Shown: positions 1 through 10,424, numbered from the stretch's first letter. The stretch is 57,791 nucleotides of DNA from Ignavibacteria bacterium (GCA_049516635.1 JBEKSX010000008.1:1-57791); one strand, 5' to 3'. Numbers and translations: made by a program. The notes: generated by a model from the sequence alone, not told the origin.

Positions 1-140
1 TATAATAACTAATTTTCAGGTAAATAGTATAATTTAATATTATTTTACAAAATTTTGACATTTGCTTTACACGATTATGACAGGTTCACTCCTTTCAAGT
101 TCTATGTTTGTATAGAAATTAAATTTGAAAGGAAAACAAA

Positions 141-905
141 ATGAGATCATTGATTCAAACCCTGGTTTCCATATTATTTACTGTATTCTTTGTATTAAGT
201 GCAAAAGCACAGGATAAACCCTCTTCGAAACTGATAGACGTGGATGCATTCAATCTCGGTGATACGTGTAAGGTCAGAATGCTCGACGGGCGGGAAATAT
301 ATGGTGTGCTCGTTATCAAAGGCACGAACACAATTCAGCTTGTCGATAAGCACGTAAACAATTCGATAGCCATAAATGAAATATTTGCTCTGGATCATTA
401 CTCAAACATAATACAAGTTGATTCTGCCGAATCACAGACCGGCAATCATCCGTCTTACCGTTACTATATTCATCTGAAAGATCAGATCTTGTCCCGCTGT
501 GATCCGTTGACCCTTACAGGTGATACTTTGTTAATATCGAATAGTAAATACGGGAATAAAAAGTTGAATATCGATGATATCAATACGGTCATTAAGGTAA
601 ATAGATCTTATTCTTGGGAAGCGGGGATAATCGGAGGAGTTGTCGGATTGGGATTAGGGTATCTCATTTCTCATGCCATTGCCTATAGTGACTACCATGA
701 ACCTGTACCCGGTACTTTCTATTTTGACCTCCCCGGATTAAGAGATATGACGATAGCCTGCGGCATGATACTGGGAACTGCAACGGGTGCAGTTATCGGT
801 GCGTTAATCGGTGCAAGCTTTGGAAAGGATGATATTTATTCACTGGATAATATGAACAAACTGGAAAAAATCCGTCAGCTTAGAAAAATAGTAGATGAGA
901 AATGA
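141..905 (+). CDS. hypothetical secreted/membrane protein with C-terminal glycine-zipper-like segments
   Basis: 254-aa ORF. N-terminal signal-like hydrophobic segment ending AKAQ. Two Gly/Ala-rich hydrophobic stretches near the C-terminus (GIIGGVVGLGLGYLI; GMILGTATGAVIGALIGASFG). No catalytic motif recognised. Confidence 0.55.
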   Translation: MRSLIQTLVSILFTVFFVLSAKAQDKPSSKLIDVDAFNLGDTCKVRMLDGREIYGVLVIKGTNTIQLVDKHVNNSIAINEIFALDHYSNIIQVDSAESQTGNHPSYRYYIHLKDQILSRCDPLTLTGDTLLISNSKYGNKKLNIDDINTVIKVNRSYSWEAGIIGGVVGLGLGYLISHAIAYSDYHEPVPGTFYFDLPGLRDMTIACGMILGTATGAVIGALIGASFGKDDIYSLDNMNKLEKIRQLRKIVDEK

Positions 906-915
906 AAAAGACTTG

Positions 916-1067
916 TAGGGTTCGCTACCCGAGCGAACCCTATAAATAACAGATTGTTCGGGGAACAATCCCAAATATAAATCCCCCTTAACAAAGGGGG
1001 TGTCAGGCTTCTGCCTGACGGGGGTTGTTTAATTTCGAGTCATAACGGATTGTTCGGGGAACAATCC
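916..1067. repeat. cluster of five GC-rich hairpins between convergent genes, including two copies of GATTGTTCGGGGAACAATCC
   Basis: Read directly: GGGTTCGC/GCGAACCC (918-940); GATTGTTC-GGG-GAACAATC (952-970 and again 1048-1066); CCCCCTT/AAGGGGG (983-1000); GTCAGGC/GCCTGAC (1002-1019). Confidence 0.7.
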
Positions 1068-1099
1068 TTACATAAATAGTTCTTTTAATAATGTGGAAA

Positions 1100-2908
1100 T
1101 CAGTTCATCGTCTGTTTATATCTCTGTGAACCGATGGGCACCCACCACTCATTCATCAACGGGCTGTTGCGCTTTGCATAGAACCGTGTATTCTTGAACC
1201 GGATATTATAAACATATCTTGCAAGCGGGCTCCACAGAAATGTGTACGGCTGATCTTCATAGATTATCTGCTGCCATCTTTTGATGATCTCGATTCTCTT
1301 GTTCTCGTCAAGCTCGGCGCGGAACTGTTCTATGAGCTTATCCGATTCGGGGTTCTTATAGCTGATATAATTGCTCCCCTCCCCTTCGGATTGCGAAGAA
1401 TGCCATAACTGGTACGGGTCCTGGGGCACAACACCGAGCACCCATCCGCCGTAGGTTGCATCGAACTGGTGTTTCTTGATCTTATCGAGATAGACCGACC
1501 ATTCGAGCTGCTGCAGGTCCGCCTGTATGCCGGCTTTCTTCATGGCGTCTATCACAACAAGGAGCACCTGCTGTCTGACGGGATTCGTATTTATAAGGAA
1601 CGTGAACTTGAAATTTACTTTTTGGCCGTCTATGACCTTATCGAGAACGCCGTCGCCGTCAGAATCTTTCCACCCGGCTTCAGCGAGGAGCTGTTTTGCT
1701 TTTTCGGGGTCATAGGGAATAATAGGCAGGTCTGCATTGAGGAATTTTTTCTGTTTGTAATAAATCGCGGATTGTATCGGAACGGCACTTCCGAACAATA
1801 TTTTATCTGTGATGATATTCCTGTCAACAAGATAAGATAAAGCCATCCTCACTTTTTTGTCCCTGAACAGGGGGCTGTTCTCGTTCCATCCGAGATAATT
1901 GTATGATGGTTCGCTGGGAGTGATGCGTTCCATATCATAATCCTGGGCATCGGAGAGATCTTTGTAAAAATCAACCGGGACCACTACAGCCATCAGGTCG
2001 ACCTCTTTATTCTTCGCGGCTACGATAGAGGATGCGTTATCCTGGATTATCTTGAATACAATTTTATTTACATAATTCGGGGTGTGCTGTTTATCCCAGT
2101 AGCGGGTGTTCTTTGTCAGGGTGATCGATTGACCTGTCACCCATTTCTCGAGCATATAAGGTCCGGTGCCCACAACGTATTTGGATTCACGTGAAACCTC
2201 CTGCGAATTGAGAAAATCGGCGAACTTAACAACATTTGGATTTTTCTGGGCTGTCGGCAGGTCACGCAGTTCATCCCACGAATATTTATCGGTCAATCCG
2301 TCGGGATCAAGTATATGTTTGGGCAGGATTGAGAAATCCCCGTTCGAATAAATGGCAAACCAGTACGGCTGATTCATGACAATCCGGACAGTGTACGGAT
2401 CGCCGTTGACGAGCTCCACTTTTTTGACCTTCTCATAATAGTTTCTCAAAGCGGCATCATCTGCGAGCGGGTTCTTGACGGCTTTCATAGTAAATATCAC
2501 GTCTTCACCTGTCAGCGGATGCCCGTCAGAAAAAGTAACATTTTTGTTAAGCTTGAATGTATAATTGAGCATGTCAGGTGAGATCTCGGGCAGGGATGCA
2601 ATACTCGGTATTTGCTCGTAATTTTCATAGTTCATGCTGGTAAGCGATTCGAAGATCATCGTATATATATCTTCGGCGGTAGCGTCATTGGTGACGATTG
2701 GGTTTAATTTTTCAGCATCCGACATTTCACGTTTAATAAGCCAATCGCCTTCGACTGCACCCGTTGTATCGGTGGGAGCTAATTGTTCACCTAGTATTTT
2801 GTTATCTCCCGTTTTCTCTTTTTTACCGCAGGATATGATGAGAATCGATGTACTAATGATAACTGCTGTGAATAGCAACTTTATTAATTTTGTATTTATT
2901 AATTTCAT
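1100..2908 (-). CDS. ABC transporter substrate-binding lipoprotein, family 5 (oligopeptide/dipeptide/nickel type)
   Basis: 602-aa ORF. Lipoprotein-type signal with Cys (LIISCGKK). Size and sequence character typical of family-5 solute-binding proteins (FSDGHPLTGEDVIFT, GTGPYMLEKW). No adjacent permease or ATPase genes. Confidence 0.85.
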   Translation of the reverse strand: MKLINTKLIKLLFTAVIISTSILIISCGKKEKTGDNKILGEQLAPTDTTGAVEGDWLIKREMSDAEKLNPIVTNDATAEDIYTMIFESLTSMNYENYEQIPSIASLPEISPDMLNYTFKLNKNVTFSDGHPLTGEDVIFTMKAVKNPLADDAALRNYYEKVKKVELVNGDPYTVRIVMNQPYWFAIYSNGDFSILPKHILDPDGLTDKYSWDELRDLPTAQKNPNVVKFADFLNSQEVSRESKYVVGTGPYMLEKWVTGQSITLTKNTRYWDKQHTPNYVNKIVFKIIQDNASSIVAAKNKEVDLMAVVVPVDFYKDLSDAQDYDMERITPSEPSYNYLGWNENSPLFRDKKVRMALSYLVDRNIITDKILFGSAVPIQSAIYYKQKKFLNADLPIIPYDPEKAKQLLAEAGWKDSDGDGVLDKVIDGQKVNFKFTFLINTNPVRQQVLLVVIDAMKKAGIQADLQQLEWSVYLDKIKKHQFDATYGGWVLGVVPQDPYQLWHSSQSEGEGSNYISYKNPESDKLIEQFRAELDENKRIEIIKRWQQIIYEDQPYTFLWSPLARYVYNIRFKNTRFYAKRNSPLMNEWWVPIGSQRYKQTMN

Positions 2909-3210
2909 AATAAAAAATTATTTAATTGTTTTCCGATACTTTATTATTATAATAAATTAACCGTTTCGATAAACAATAATAAAATAGTCCTATATTTAGT
3001 AAAGTAAAATTGAAAAACGGGGATATATAGTGAGTATTGTTTATTTTATTATTTTGGGAAAATGCAGAAAAAAGCATTAAAAGTTAGGAACCAGTAAAGG
3101 GATAATATAGTTTTTGTGTATAACTCATAGGTTTGTAGAATTGCACTCCTAAATAAAGTGAATTTTACAACTATTTTGTGTAAATTAATATAGATTCTGG
3201 AAAAGGTAAA

Positions 3211-3480
3211 ATGAGAAAAGATTCCGGAAATTCCGATGGGAGCAATTCTGTAGACAGAGAAAAGCTTCTGAAACAAAAAGTTATCTTCTGCACCGAATGC
3301 GGCGTGGATTTGACAAATTTCTGCTTTTCCGAACGCGCAAAAAGCCCGGAAGCAGTGAGAAAATCGCTTGCACAGTGTAAAAAAATAGGCAAGTTTAACG
3401 GTGAGTTCTGCTCCAAACTATTTATATCAGATGACTACACGATGGACGACCTTTGGTTAGACGATGAATTTGATTTCTAA
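3211..3480 (+). CDS. hypothetical small protein with acidic C-terminus
   Basis: 89-aa ORF in an otherwise non-coding stretch. CxxC-like FCTECG motif and DDLWLDDEFDF tail. No family recognised. Confidence 0.35.
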   Translation: MRKDSGNSDGSNSVDREKLLKQKVIFCTECGVDLTNFCFSERAKSPEAVRKSLAQCKKIGKFNGEFCSKLFISDDYTMDDLWLDDEFDF

Positions 3481-3891
3481 CAAGCACTTCTTTCCAGATT
3501 AAAATTCCTTCAATTATTTCCAGCTCAATCCTTTCTGTTATAATCAATTTCTTATAGGATATTCTCAAAAAACGAATAAAAAACACATTTTAAGGGGTTA
3601 ATGCTATAGCGACTCCTGCTAAGAACAAGACCAGGTTCGTTTTCAGCGCGAAACATGCCATTTTTTTTATGAGTTTGACTTTCCTTAACTACTATATTTA
3701 TAAAGCAATTATAGGAAAACACCCCTCCGAAATTTCATGAATCTTAATAAAATCTGTACTTGACATATTATTTTTTTTAATGCCATCTTTGTATGCTGAA
3801 GATTTTTGATGTTTAGTGCTACAATTTTTTAAAACCTGATTAGATTGGATTAATTATTCCGAATTTACAGCAATATGACGTAATAGAGATC

Positions 3892-4152
3892 TTGAATAAG
3901 GAATCTATAATCGAGGCAATAAAAGAAAAAATAGGGTCCACAAGAACTTCGATTTGGTTCATCGGGATAACCGGCAGACCGGATGAAGTGCGTCAGCACT
4001 ATGAAAAGAACGGGATCAGAACAACCTGCTGGACTGTCTGGCAAACGGATTCCGAACGCGACCTGGAGGATATAGTAGAGTATTTCCTTGTTCAGGGAAT
4101 GAAGCAAGGGATTAAAAGCGACAGTAAGGCTAACTATTTGTACGTGTTCTGA
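3892..4152 (+). CDS. hypothetical small protein
   Basis: 86-aa ORF with a TTG start, followed by two strong hairpins. No family recognised. Confidence 0.4.
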   Translation: MNKESIIEAIKEKIGSTRTSIWFIGITGRPDEVRQHYEKNGIRTTCWTVWQTDSERDLEDIVEYFLVQGMKQGIKSDSKANYLYVF

Positions 4153-4163
4153 TTAATTGCAGA

Positions 4164-4224
4164 ACATAAAGTCCGAGATGACTTTATGTCGATTTATACT
4201 GTCAGGCAGTTGCCTGACAGTATA
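4164..4224 (+). terminator. two consecutive perfect hairpins downstream of 3892..4152
   Basis: ACATAAAGTC/GACTTTATGT (4164-4189) and TATACTGTCAGGCA/TGCCTGACAGTATA (4195-4224). The second shares the GTCAGGC...GCCTGAC core with the hairpin at 1002-1019. Confidence 0.5.
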
Positions 4225-4323
4225 AAATCTTTCTTATTCCAAAAGTAACCAAATTCGTTACGTCTTCGGTACAGGAATTGCAGTATATAGTGCTGGTGAT
4301 CAAAGAACTTAAAAAAACAGCCT

Positions 4324-4548
4324 ATGAAAGACTCTTTTAAGAAAAAAGTATACTGCAGTTTCCTCGACCGTGAAACAAACGTTGAGTACCATATCAGAAA
4401 TCTGAATGTTACTCCTGCAATAACAAAAAAAACTATAGATCATTATTCCTGTGAATTAAAACCGCTTTGTGAAGGCTCATTTGTACTCAGCAGGTGCGCC
4501 TCGTTCAAAGGAATGAAAAGAACTGAAGCGGAGGTTTTGCTGGGATAA
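4324..4548 (+). CDS. hypothetical small Cys-containing protein
   Basis: 74-aa ORF with an ATG start. No family recognised. Confidence 0.35.
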   Translation: MKDSFKKKVYCSFLDRETNVEYHIRNLNVTPAITKKTIDHYSCELKPLCEGSFVLSRCASFKGMKRTEAEVLLG

Positions 4549-4778
4549 CATAACCGCCAAATGTTATCAGGGGGTTAATCCGATAACCCGGCGTAATTTA
4601 GCTGTTAGATCGTACATATTTCACAAGGGAACAACAAGTTTTTCGTAAATGACCTTGCCCCCCTCCAAATATGGCTGTCACGGTTTATATTGTGACAGCC
4701 ATTTTATTTCCCGGACAGGCTCTAAAGCTTATAAAGCTTTATCCCCGCTTTGATAAAGTCAATTACACCAGAATTGTT

Positions 4779-5216
4779 CTATTTCGACTCAGAAGCTTCA
4801 AATTCGATCACGTCAGCTCTTACAGATATCTTAACTGAAGTATACACGGCTAAATTCAATGCGTTTCCATCATACCTTACGTTAACGAGCGCATATTTTT
4901 TCCCGATTATAGAACCGTTCACTTTTTCAAAATTTTTCCAGAGGTTATTGATAGCATCGGCATACAATGTGCTTGTTCCGTCTATCTTGAACAACGCATT
5001 GATAGAGGTTGACATACCCGTAGTAGATGTAAATCCTAAGATGTATGCTGCCTTCGACTCCCCTGAAACATCCCTCGCAACTATCGTGTAGTTATCCTGG
5101 GATAGCTTGACATCTGTCACATTCCCTTCGGAGAAAATGCCTGCAGAACCGCATCCGTAAAGTGTGATTGAAAGAAAGGCGAGGATGAAGAATAAGAATT
5201 TTGTCGATGTTCTCAT
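4779..5216 (-). CDS. hypothetical lipoprotein
   Basis: 145-aa ORF with a lipobox-like signal (LSITLYGCGS). The antisense ORF 4750..5091 is judged a shadow. Confidence 0.6.
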   Translation of the reverse strand: MRTSTKFLFFILAFLSITLYGCGSAGIFSEGNVTDVKLSQDNYTIVARDVSGESKAAYILGFTSTTGMSTSINALFKIDGTSTLYADAINNLWKNFEKVNGSIIGKKYALVNVRYDGNALNLAVYTSVKISVRADVIEFEASESK

Positions 5217-5934
5217 AATTTTAAATATTTTTGCTGCCGGACTCTTTTACGAATTCAGCAGACGGTTATAAAATAGAAGGATTTAATAATGGAGAGAATT
5301 CCTCTGCCATAAATCTGCCTATAAAGAAAAAACCTGTAAGATATTATTTTGCACAAATTTAATGAATATATAATCTATAAATCTATGATATTTATCATAT
5401 TCCAAAATGATTCATATCTTTTAAAAAAGCATAGGTTGTCATATAAACTGTTATTGCGTGATATTATAATCGAATAAAATCCTTTCACACAGTGGAAGCA
5501 ATAGTAGAAAAATGACCCGGAACCCAGGAGAGTCATTTTTTTAATGGGATTTGCACGGGAACCTATCAATACTTTCAATGGTTCTTTAGTACAATTAAAT
5601 CATAAAGTTATGAAGAATTATTTTATTATCTCCATCTTTCTAATACTGTATTCATCGGCAAATTCTCAATTATCTATGTAATTTATTACCCTCCTATGGA
5701 ACAAAACATCACAATCAAAGTTAAATAGTTAGGCATTTTTATACTTGTAATTTATATTGTTCTCAACAATTTAAGATTGTAAAAGATGCATATTTCTATT
5801 AAACAGGTAATTTGTGATCTTCAGACTTTAGGTAATTATTTTATTTAAAAAAAGAAATATTATGTTACATTCTGTTAATATTTTAAATATTTTTTTTATA
5901 TATATTATAATGAAATTTTAGGAGTTAAACTAAA

Positions 5935-6960
5935 ATGAATATAAAAATATTGCTCAGATATATATTACCATTACAAATACTGCTCTTATTTGCAATTGGA
6001 AAAACAAATGCCCAGGTCGAAGTAGATACTTCTAACATGGGTCCGCCCTCTCAAGATCCGACGCTCCAGGATTTTCAGGATTCCTTATCAAGAAGCGGCG
6101 ATTGGGAGCAAATTACTACGGATGAAATAGACCCGGATTCGCTGGAGGGCGAAGATTCGCAATCATTGGATGATGATATTTATACGAATGAAATATGGGT
6201 CCCGAATCCTGCCCTGATCTGGATCGGATGGAACCCTTACTGCTACGGCAGATGGGTGTGGACGTATTGGGGCTGGGAATGGATACCGTATGATAACTGG
6301 GGCTGGTGCACATATCATTACGGCAGGTGGTGGTGGCATCACCACTACGGATGGGTATGGTCACCGGGTCACAGGTGGAGACATTGCTGGGTTTCATGGC
6401 ATAGAGGAGGCGGTTATTGGGGCTGGCACCCGCTCCCGCCGAGGGTACATTATAAAAGCGGAGTATCGGTTTTACCTATCACTAAAAATACTGAGAAAAA
6501 CGGATGGGTTTTTGTGAACAAAAAAGATTTTACGAAACCGGTGGATAAAAAAACAATTATAGATGTTAATAAATACACCGGAATCCTAAAAACTCCGAAC
6601 GTCAACGTGAAGAAAAAGGATCAGGGAATAAATAACGTTAACAAAAAATCGTGGGTCGATAAGACACGCATACCTGAAGAAAAGACACAAACTAACCGGA
6701 CAAACGGGAAACCGAATATCAATAGCAGACCAAATGATAATGGTAAGAAAATATATACACCCGGAAATCACAATGGAAATTCAGGTAAGGGTAATAACAA
6801 TAACAGCGGAAACAGGAACAGCAGTGGTCCGAAATCCAATCATTCGGGAAATTCGAACCATACAGGCAGCTCACATAATTCCGGGAATCCGAACCACTCC
6901 GGGAATTCCAGTCATTCGGGGAATTCGAATCACGGGAGCACTAGCAAAGGCAAAAAATAA
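5935..6960 (+). CDS. secreted Trp-rich (WGW/YGRW repeat, DUF6600-like) protein with Asn/His/Ser/Gly low-complexity tail
   Basis: 341-aa ORF with signal peptide. Core is WNPYCYGRWVWTYWGWEWIPYDNWGWCTYHYGRWWWHHHYGWVWSPGHRW. C-terminal NHSGNS-type degenerate repeats. Paralogue of 36107..37330. Confidence 0.75.
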   Translation: MNIKILLRYILPLQILLLFAIGKTNAQVEVDTSNMGPPSQDPTLQDFQDSLSRSGDWEQITTDEIDPDSLEGEDSQSLDDDIYTNEIWVPNPALIWIGWNPYCYGRWVWTYWGWEWIPYDNWGWCTYHYGRWWWHHHYGWVWSPGHRWRHCWVSWHRGGGYWGWHPLPPRVHYKSGVSVLPITKNTEKNGWVFVNKKDFTKPVDKKTIIDVNKYTGILKTPNVNVKKKDQGINNVNKKSWVDKTRIPEEKTQTNRTNGKPNINSRPNDNGKKIYTPGNHNGNSGKGNNNNSGNRNSSGPKSNHSGNSNHTGSSHNSGNPNHSGNSSHSGNSNHGSTSKGKK

Positions 6961-6995
6961 ATTTGTCTGTTCAAGCGAGTCAGACATGAGACAAT

Positions 6996-7028
6996 AAAAA
7001 AGAGGAGTTCAATAGAACTCCTCTTTTA
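6996..7028. terminator. bidirectional rho-independent terminator between convergent genes
   Basis: AAAAA-AGAGGAGTTC-AATA-GAACTCCTCT-TTTT read directly. Confidence 0.75.
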
Positions 7029-7087
7029 ATTTATTACAGAAAGCTATTTAATAAACCCGTCTGTATCGGGCTTCTAAAATAATTCTG

Positions 7088-8827
7088 CTATTTTATCAAC
7101 ATCATTTTGCGTGTCTCAACAAAATTAGGTGTTTCCAATTTGTAGAAATAGATACCGCTGGAATAGTTACTGCCATCCCACTTTATGCTGTATTCTCCTC
7201 CATTCAAAACACCGCTGTACAGCGTTTCGACCTCTTTCCCGTTAATATCATATACCTTCAATATGATATGACTTGACTTCGGAATTTCAAAGTTGATAGT
7301 CGTCGACGGGTTAAACGGGTTCGGATAATTTTGCGAAAGCTTATACCCTTCAGGAAATGTATTCACTAACGGTAGTATCCCGCCTGTAGGCATTCCAACC
7401 ACTACTGCTGTGTAGGTTTCCTGGTTATTTCCTCCTGCACGTTCATCTGTCCAGACAGGAACTATATGATTGCCCCAGAAATCGATCCCGATATAATCTC
7501 CGAATCGTACATTAGTACCAGGGGTGTTAGTCGGAGATTGTGCAGTGCTCAATACTGCATTTGCGAAAGTCTGGCCGCCATCCGTAGAAGCAGCCACCCA
7601 GGCTTCGATGATGCTATTACTCGATGTATTCCTGCTGTCATAGTACACTATTGCTATTCTGCCTGAATCATCTACTGCTATCCATGGCCAGCACTGAAGC
7701 TTTCCGTTTGAAATGGGATCGTTATTCACACGCACTGGCGTAGACCATGAACTTCCGTGATTTGTGGAACGAATCAAAAATACATCGGCGTCACCATTAC
7801 GGGCATCGCACCATGTAACATAAACATAACCGGATCTCGGACCACTTGTAATATCGGTAGCAATTGACGGGAATGTAAGATAGCCGCTTTGAGAAAACGG
7901 GACCGATGGTGTGGGACCTTCGGCAATATTTGCAGGTGTACTGAAGGTTACTCCTCCATCTGTTGACTTGCTGAACCACTGAATATCATCGGAGCTGCCT
8001 CCCATCCATACGATATATACTTCTCCGTTGTAACCGACAGCCAGATCAGATCCCTGCCCCGAACTGGAAGAATTACTGACGTTATAAGCAGTTGACCAGT
8101 TGATACCGCTGTTTGTAGATTTCATGCACTTAATGCCGGTACTAGCTGAAAACCTTGTCCAGCTTATGTAAAGTGTGTTTTTATAAGGACTGCCGGGTGT
8201 AAAATCACAGGTGATATATTCTTTATCTTCATTCCCGGTTTGGGCGGCAATAACCGCTGTCGGGAATGTAACCCCTCCATCAGTGGATCTGTATACGGCT
8301 ACGGTTCCGTTGCTGTTTGAATTATTCAAAGCAATTGTGGATATATAAAAATATCCATTAGTATCAGTAGCTACAGCCGGGTCACTGTTTCGGAGAAGCG
8401 AACCAGGCAGCAGGGTCGAATCCAGAAGTGCACCTACCGACCAGGTTGCACCTGCATCCGTGGAATAGCTATAGCCAACCCTTCTCACTGCGTTGGGATC
8501 GACACCGAGCCGAAAATCGCGCCAGGATGCTACTACCTTGTTCGGAAATTTCTTATTTATCTTTACAGATGGTTCATTTTGAGGAGCAATGTTGTTCGTA
8601 ATATCCACATTAGTGTATGTCAGAATTTCATACGATTGGGGGGGAGACGGATAGAGCAATGGTGATGTATTCACATTATCCGGAAAAACATCATGTGGTT
8701 TTGAGAATCTTGACGAATCCGCTCCTGAAGCTGTTAATCCTTTTTCCGGGAAATATTTGAAATTTGTTGAGGTAACAAATAACAAAGCCCCAAAAATAAA
8801 GATTATGAAAAGGATCGTTTTATGCAT
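7088..8827 (-). CDS. BNR/sialidase-like beta-propeller protein with T9SS C-terminal sorting domain
   Basis: 579-aa ORF with signal peptide. Repeated SxDxGxT[WF] motifs (STDAGATW, STDGGVTF, STNSGINW, STNHGSSW, STDGGQTF). C-terminus is NYPNPFNPSTTINFEIP...GIYFYKLE...RKMMLIK. Confidence 0.8.
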   Translation of the reverse strand: MHKTILFIIFIFGALLFVTSTNFKYFPEKGLTASGADSSRFSKPHDVFPDNVNTSPLLYPSPPQSYEILTYTNVDITNNIAPQNEPSVKINKKFPNKVVASWRDFRLGVDPNAVRRVGYSYSTDAGATWSVGALLDSTLLPGSLLRNSDPAVATDTNGYFYISTIALNNSNSNGTVAVYRSTDGGVTFPTAVIAAQTGNEDKEYITCDFTPGSPYKNTLYISWTRFSASTGIKCMKSTNSGINWSTAYNVSNSSSSGQGSDLAVGYNGEVYIVWMGGSSDDIQWFSKSTDGGVTFSTPANIAEGPTPSVPFSQSGYLTFPSIATDITSGPRSGYVYVTWCDARNGDADVFLIRSTNHGSSWSTPVRVNNDPISNGKLQCWPWIAVDDSGRIAIVYYDSRNTSSNSIIEAWVAASTDGGQTFANAVLSTAQSPTNTPGTNVRFGDYIGIDFWGNHIVPVWTDERAGGNNQETYTAVVVGMPTGGILPLVNTFPEGYKLSQNYPNPFNPSTTINFEIPKSSHIILKVYDINGKEVETLYSGVLNGGEYSIKWDGSNYSSGIYFYKLETPNFVETRKMMLIK

Positions 8828-9125
8828 AAGGTTATTTGATAAGGTTTTATTATAGATTTAAATTAAAAATATACTTTTTTTATTAAAATGTTCGAAAAGT
8901 AAAATTTAAGTATCACACTGCCATTTTTAATACCTTATAATACTCTATAACTAAAATAATAACAAGACGTTCCAATAGATGAAAAAATATGAATTCGTAT
9001 TTAGGTAACTACAAGAACTCTAAACATGTAATATACTTTATTAAGTACTGAAATGAACGTGAATAATCTATATATGTTGATGAATCTTTGTATATTCTAC
9101 ATGTTCAAAGAACGAAATAGACTCT

Positions 9126-10424
9126 CTATTTAATCAACACCATCCTTTTAGATTCTGAAAAATCCTCGGTTGTAAGTCTATAAAAATATATACCGCTTGG
9201 AAAATTTATCCCGTTCCACCCTATCTCATATGTGCCGGGTTGTAATTGCGTATTTACCAGAGTGGCAATTTCGTGACCGAGGATATCGAAGATAGTCAAT
9301 CTTATGCTCATCCCTCTAACTCCCTTTATCTCGGGGAAATCTGGAATATCGAACTTTATCTTAGTTGCCGGATTAAAGGGGTTCGGGTAATTTTGATACA
9401 ACATGAATTGCCCGGGAACGTTACTGCTTAATTGATGAATTCCAATCGTTGATGTGTTAAACTTGTATATCGCACCGTAAGTACCAAATGCCCACCCATG
9501 CATAGAATCGATAAAATTAACATCGTATATCCCGCACGTATCCGGCACCGGAATTGGTTGGTAGGTCTTCCCCGTATCGAGTGTGCGCATCCAGTGAGAA
9601 CCATAACCCAGTGCAACCCAGATATCATTTTTAGTTCTGGAAGAAATTGAATAACCTATACCGAAGACCAGTAATTGATAATAATCCCAGCTTAAGCCGG
9701 CATTGTTTGTTTTTACAATCCCGAGACCTAATTCAAAATCGCCCCCGCTTCCAATTGCTGTTTGAGAATCGATCAACAGCATATCGTCTACAGGCTCGGG
9801 TGAAACGTATTGGCTGTTCCAATGCAAACCAAAGTCAGTCGTTTTCCAAACAACTCCTCCGGCATCCATAATCCCGCCTCCCGCAAATCCATATTGATAA
9901 TTATAAAATACAAACTTGTTAATCGTTCTGTTTGCATATACCCCGGTATCTATTTCGCATCTGTTCCAATTATGTCCTGCATCAGTAGTTTTTAGTATTG
10001 TACCCCATTGTCCTCCAATAAATCCAGTCATAGAATCTAAGAACATGATAGTAGACAACATCGTCAAAGTATCCTCATAAGGAGTGGAGGTCCAGTTATT
10101 ACCGCCATCGGTAGTTTTTAAGATAATGCTCGAAGGATAGATTAAATGATTTGCAATGCTCCAGCCCAGACGTTTATTAAGGAAAAAAATATTTGAGAGT
10201 GGTATATCCAATCCGCTGTTCTGAGTGACCCATGTAAGCCCGCCATTTGAAGTATGGATGATCACACCTGAATCGCCCGCTACCCAACCATTGAGCGTGT
10301 CGGTGAATGCAGATTGTATGAACCATCTGTTTGTCGGTGAGGGCTGACGGATCCAGTATTCCTGGGGAAATAAATAACCCGGAAGGATCAACATGAATAG
10401 TATGCAACTTAATAAAAATTTCAT
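9126..10424 (-). CDS. Ycf48/BNR-like beta-propeller protein with T9SS C-terminal sorting domain
   Basis: 432-aa ORF with signal peptide. T[ST][ND]GGxxW repeats (TSNGGLTW, TTDGGNNW, TTDAGHNW, TTDFGLHW). NYPNPFNPATKIKFDIP...GIYFYRL...KRMVLIK. Confidence 0.8.
   Translation of the reverse strand: MKFLLSCILFMLILPGYLFPQEYWIRQPSPTNRWFIQSAFTDTLNGWVAGDSGVIIHTSNGGLTWVTQNSGLDIPLSNIFFLNKRLGWSIANHLIYPSSIILKTTDGGNNWTSTPYEDTLTMLSTIMFLDSMTGFIGGQWGTILKTTDAGHNWNRCEIDTGVYANRTINKFVFYNYQYGFAGGGIMDAGGVVWKTTDFGLHWNSQYVSPEPVDDMLLIDSQTAIGSGGDFELGLGIVKTNNAGLSWDYYQLLVFGIGYSISSRTKNDIWVALGYGSHWMRTLDTGKTYQPIPVPDTCGIYDVNFIDSMHGWAFGTYGAIYKFNTSTIGIHQLSSNVPGQFMLYQNYPNPFNPATKIKFDIPDFPEIKGVRGMSIRLTIFDILGHEIATLVNTQLQPGTYEIGWNGINFPSGIYFYRLTTEDFSESKRMVLIK

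Noticed and set aside
1469-2960. Plus-strand ORFs of 61-123 aa inside the substrate-binding protein gene.
   Set aside because: They are antisense shadows of a well-supported 602-aa gene, with no motifs.
3865-4107. An 80-aa minus-strand ORF overlapping 3892..4152.
   Set aside because: The two are mutually exclusive. The plus-strand ORF is followed by two strong hairpins and has a more protein-like composition. Both remain low confidence.
5610-5681. A 23-codon ORF, MKNYFIISIFLILYSSANSQLSM*, resembling an orphan signal peptide in the long 5217..5934 spacer.
   Set aside because: It is too short to support as a gene. It could be a remnant of a truncated secreted-protein gene, but there is no downstream homology to confirm this.
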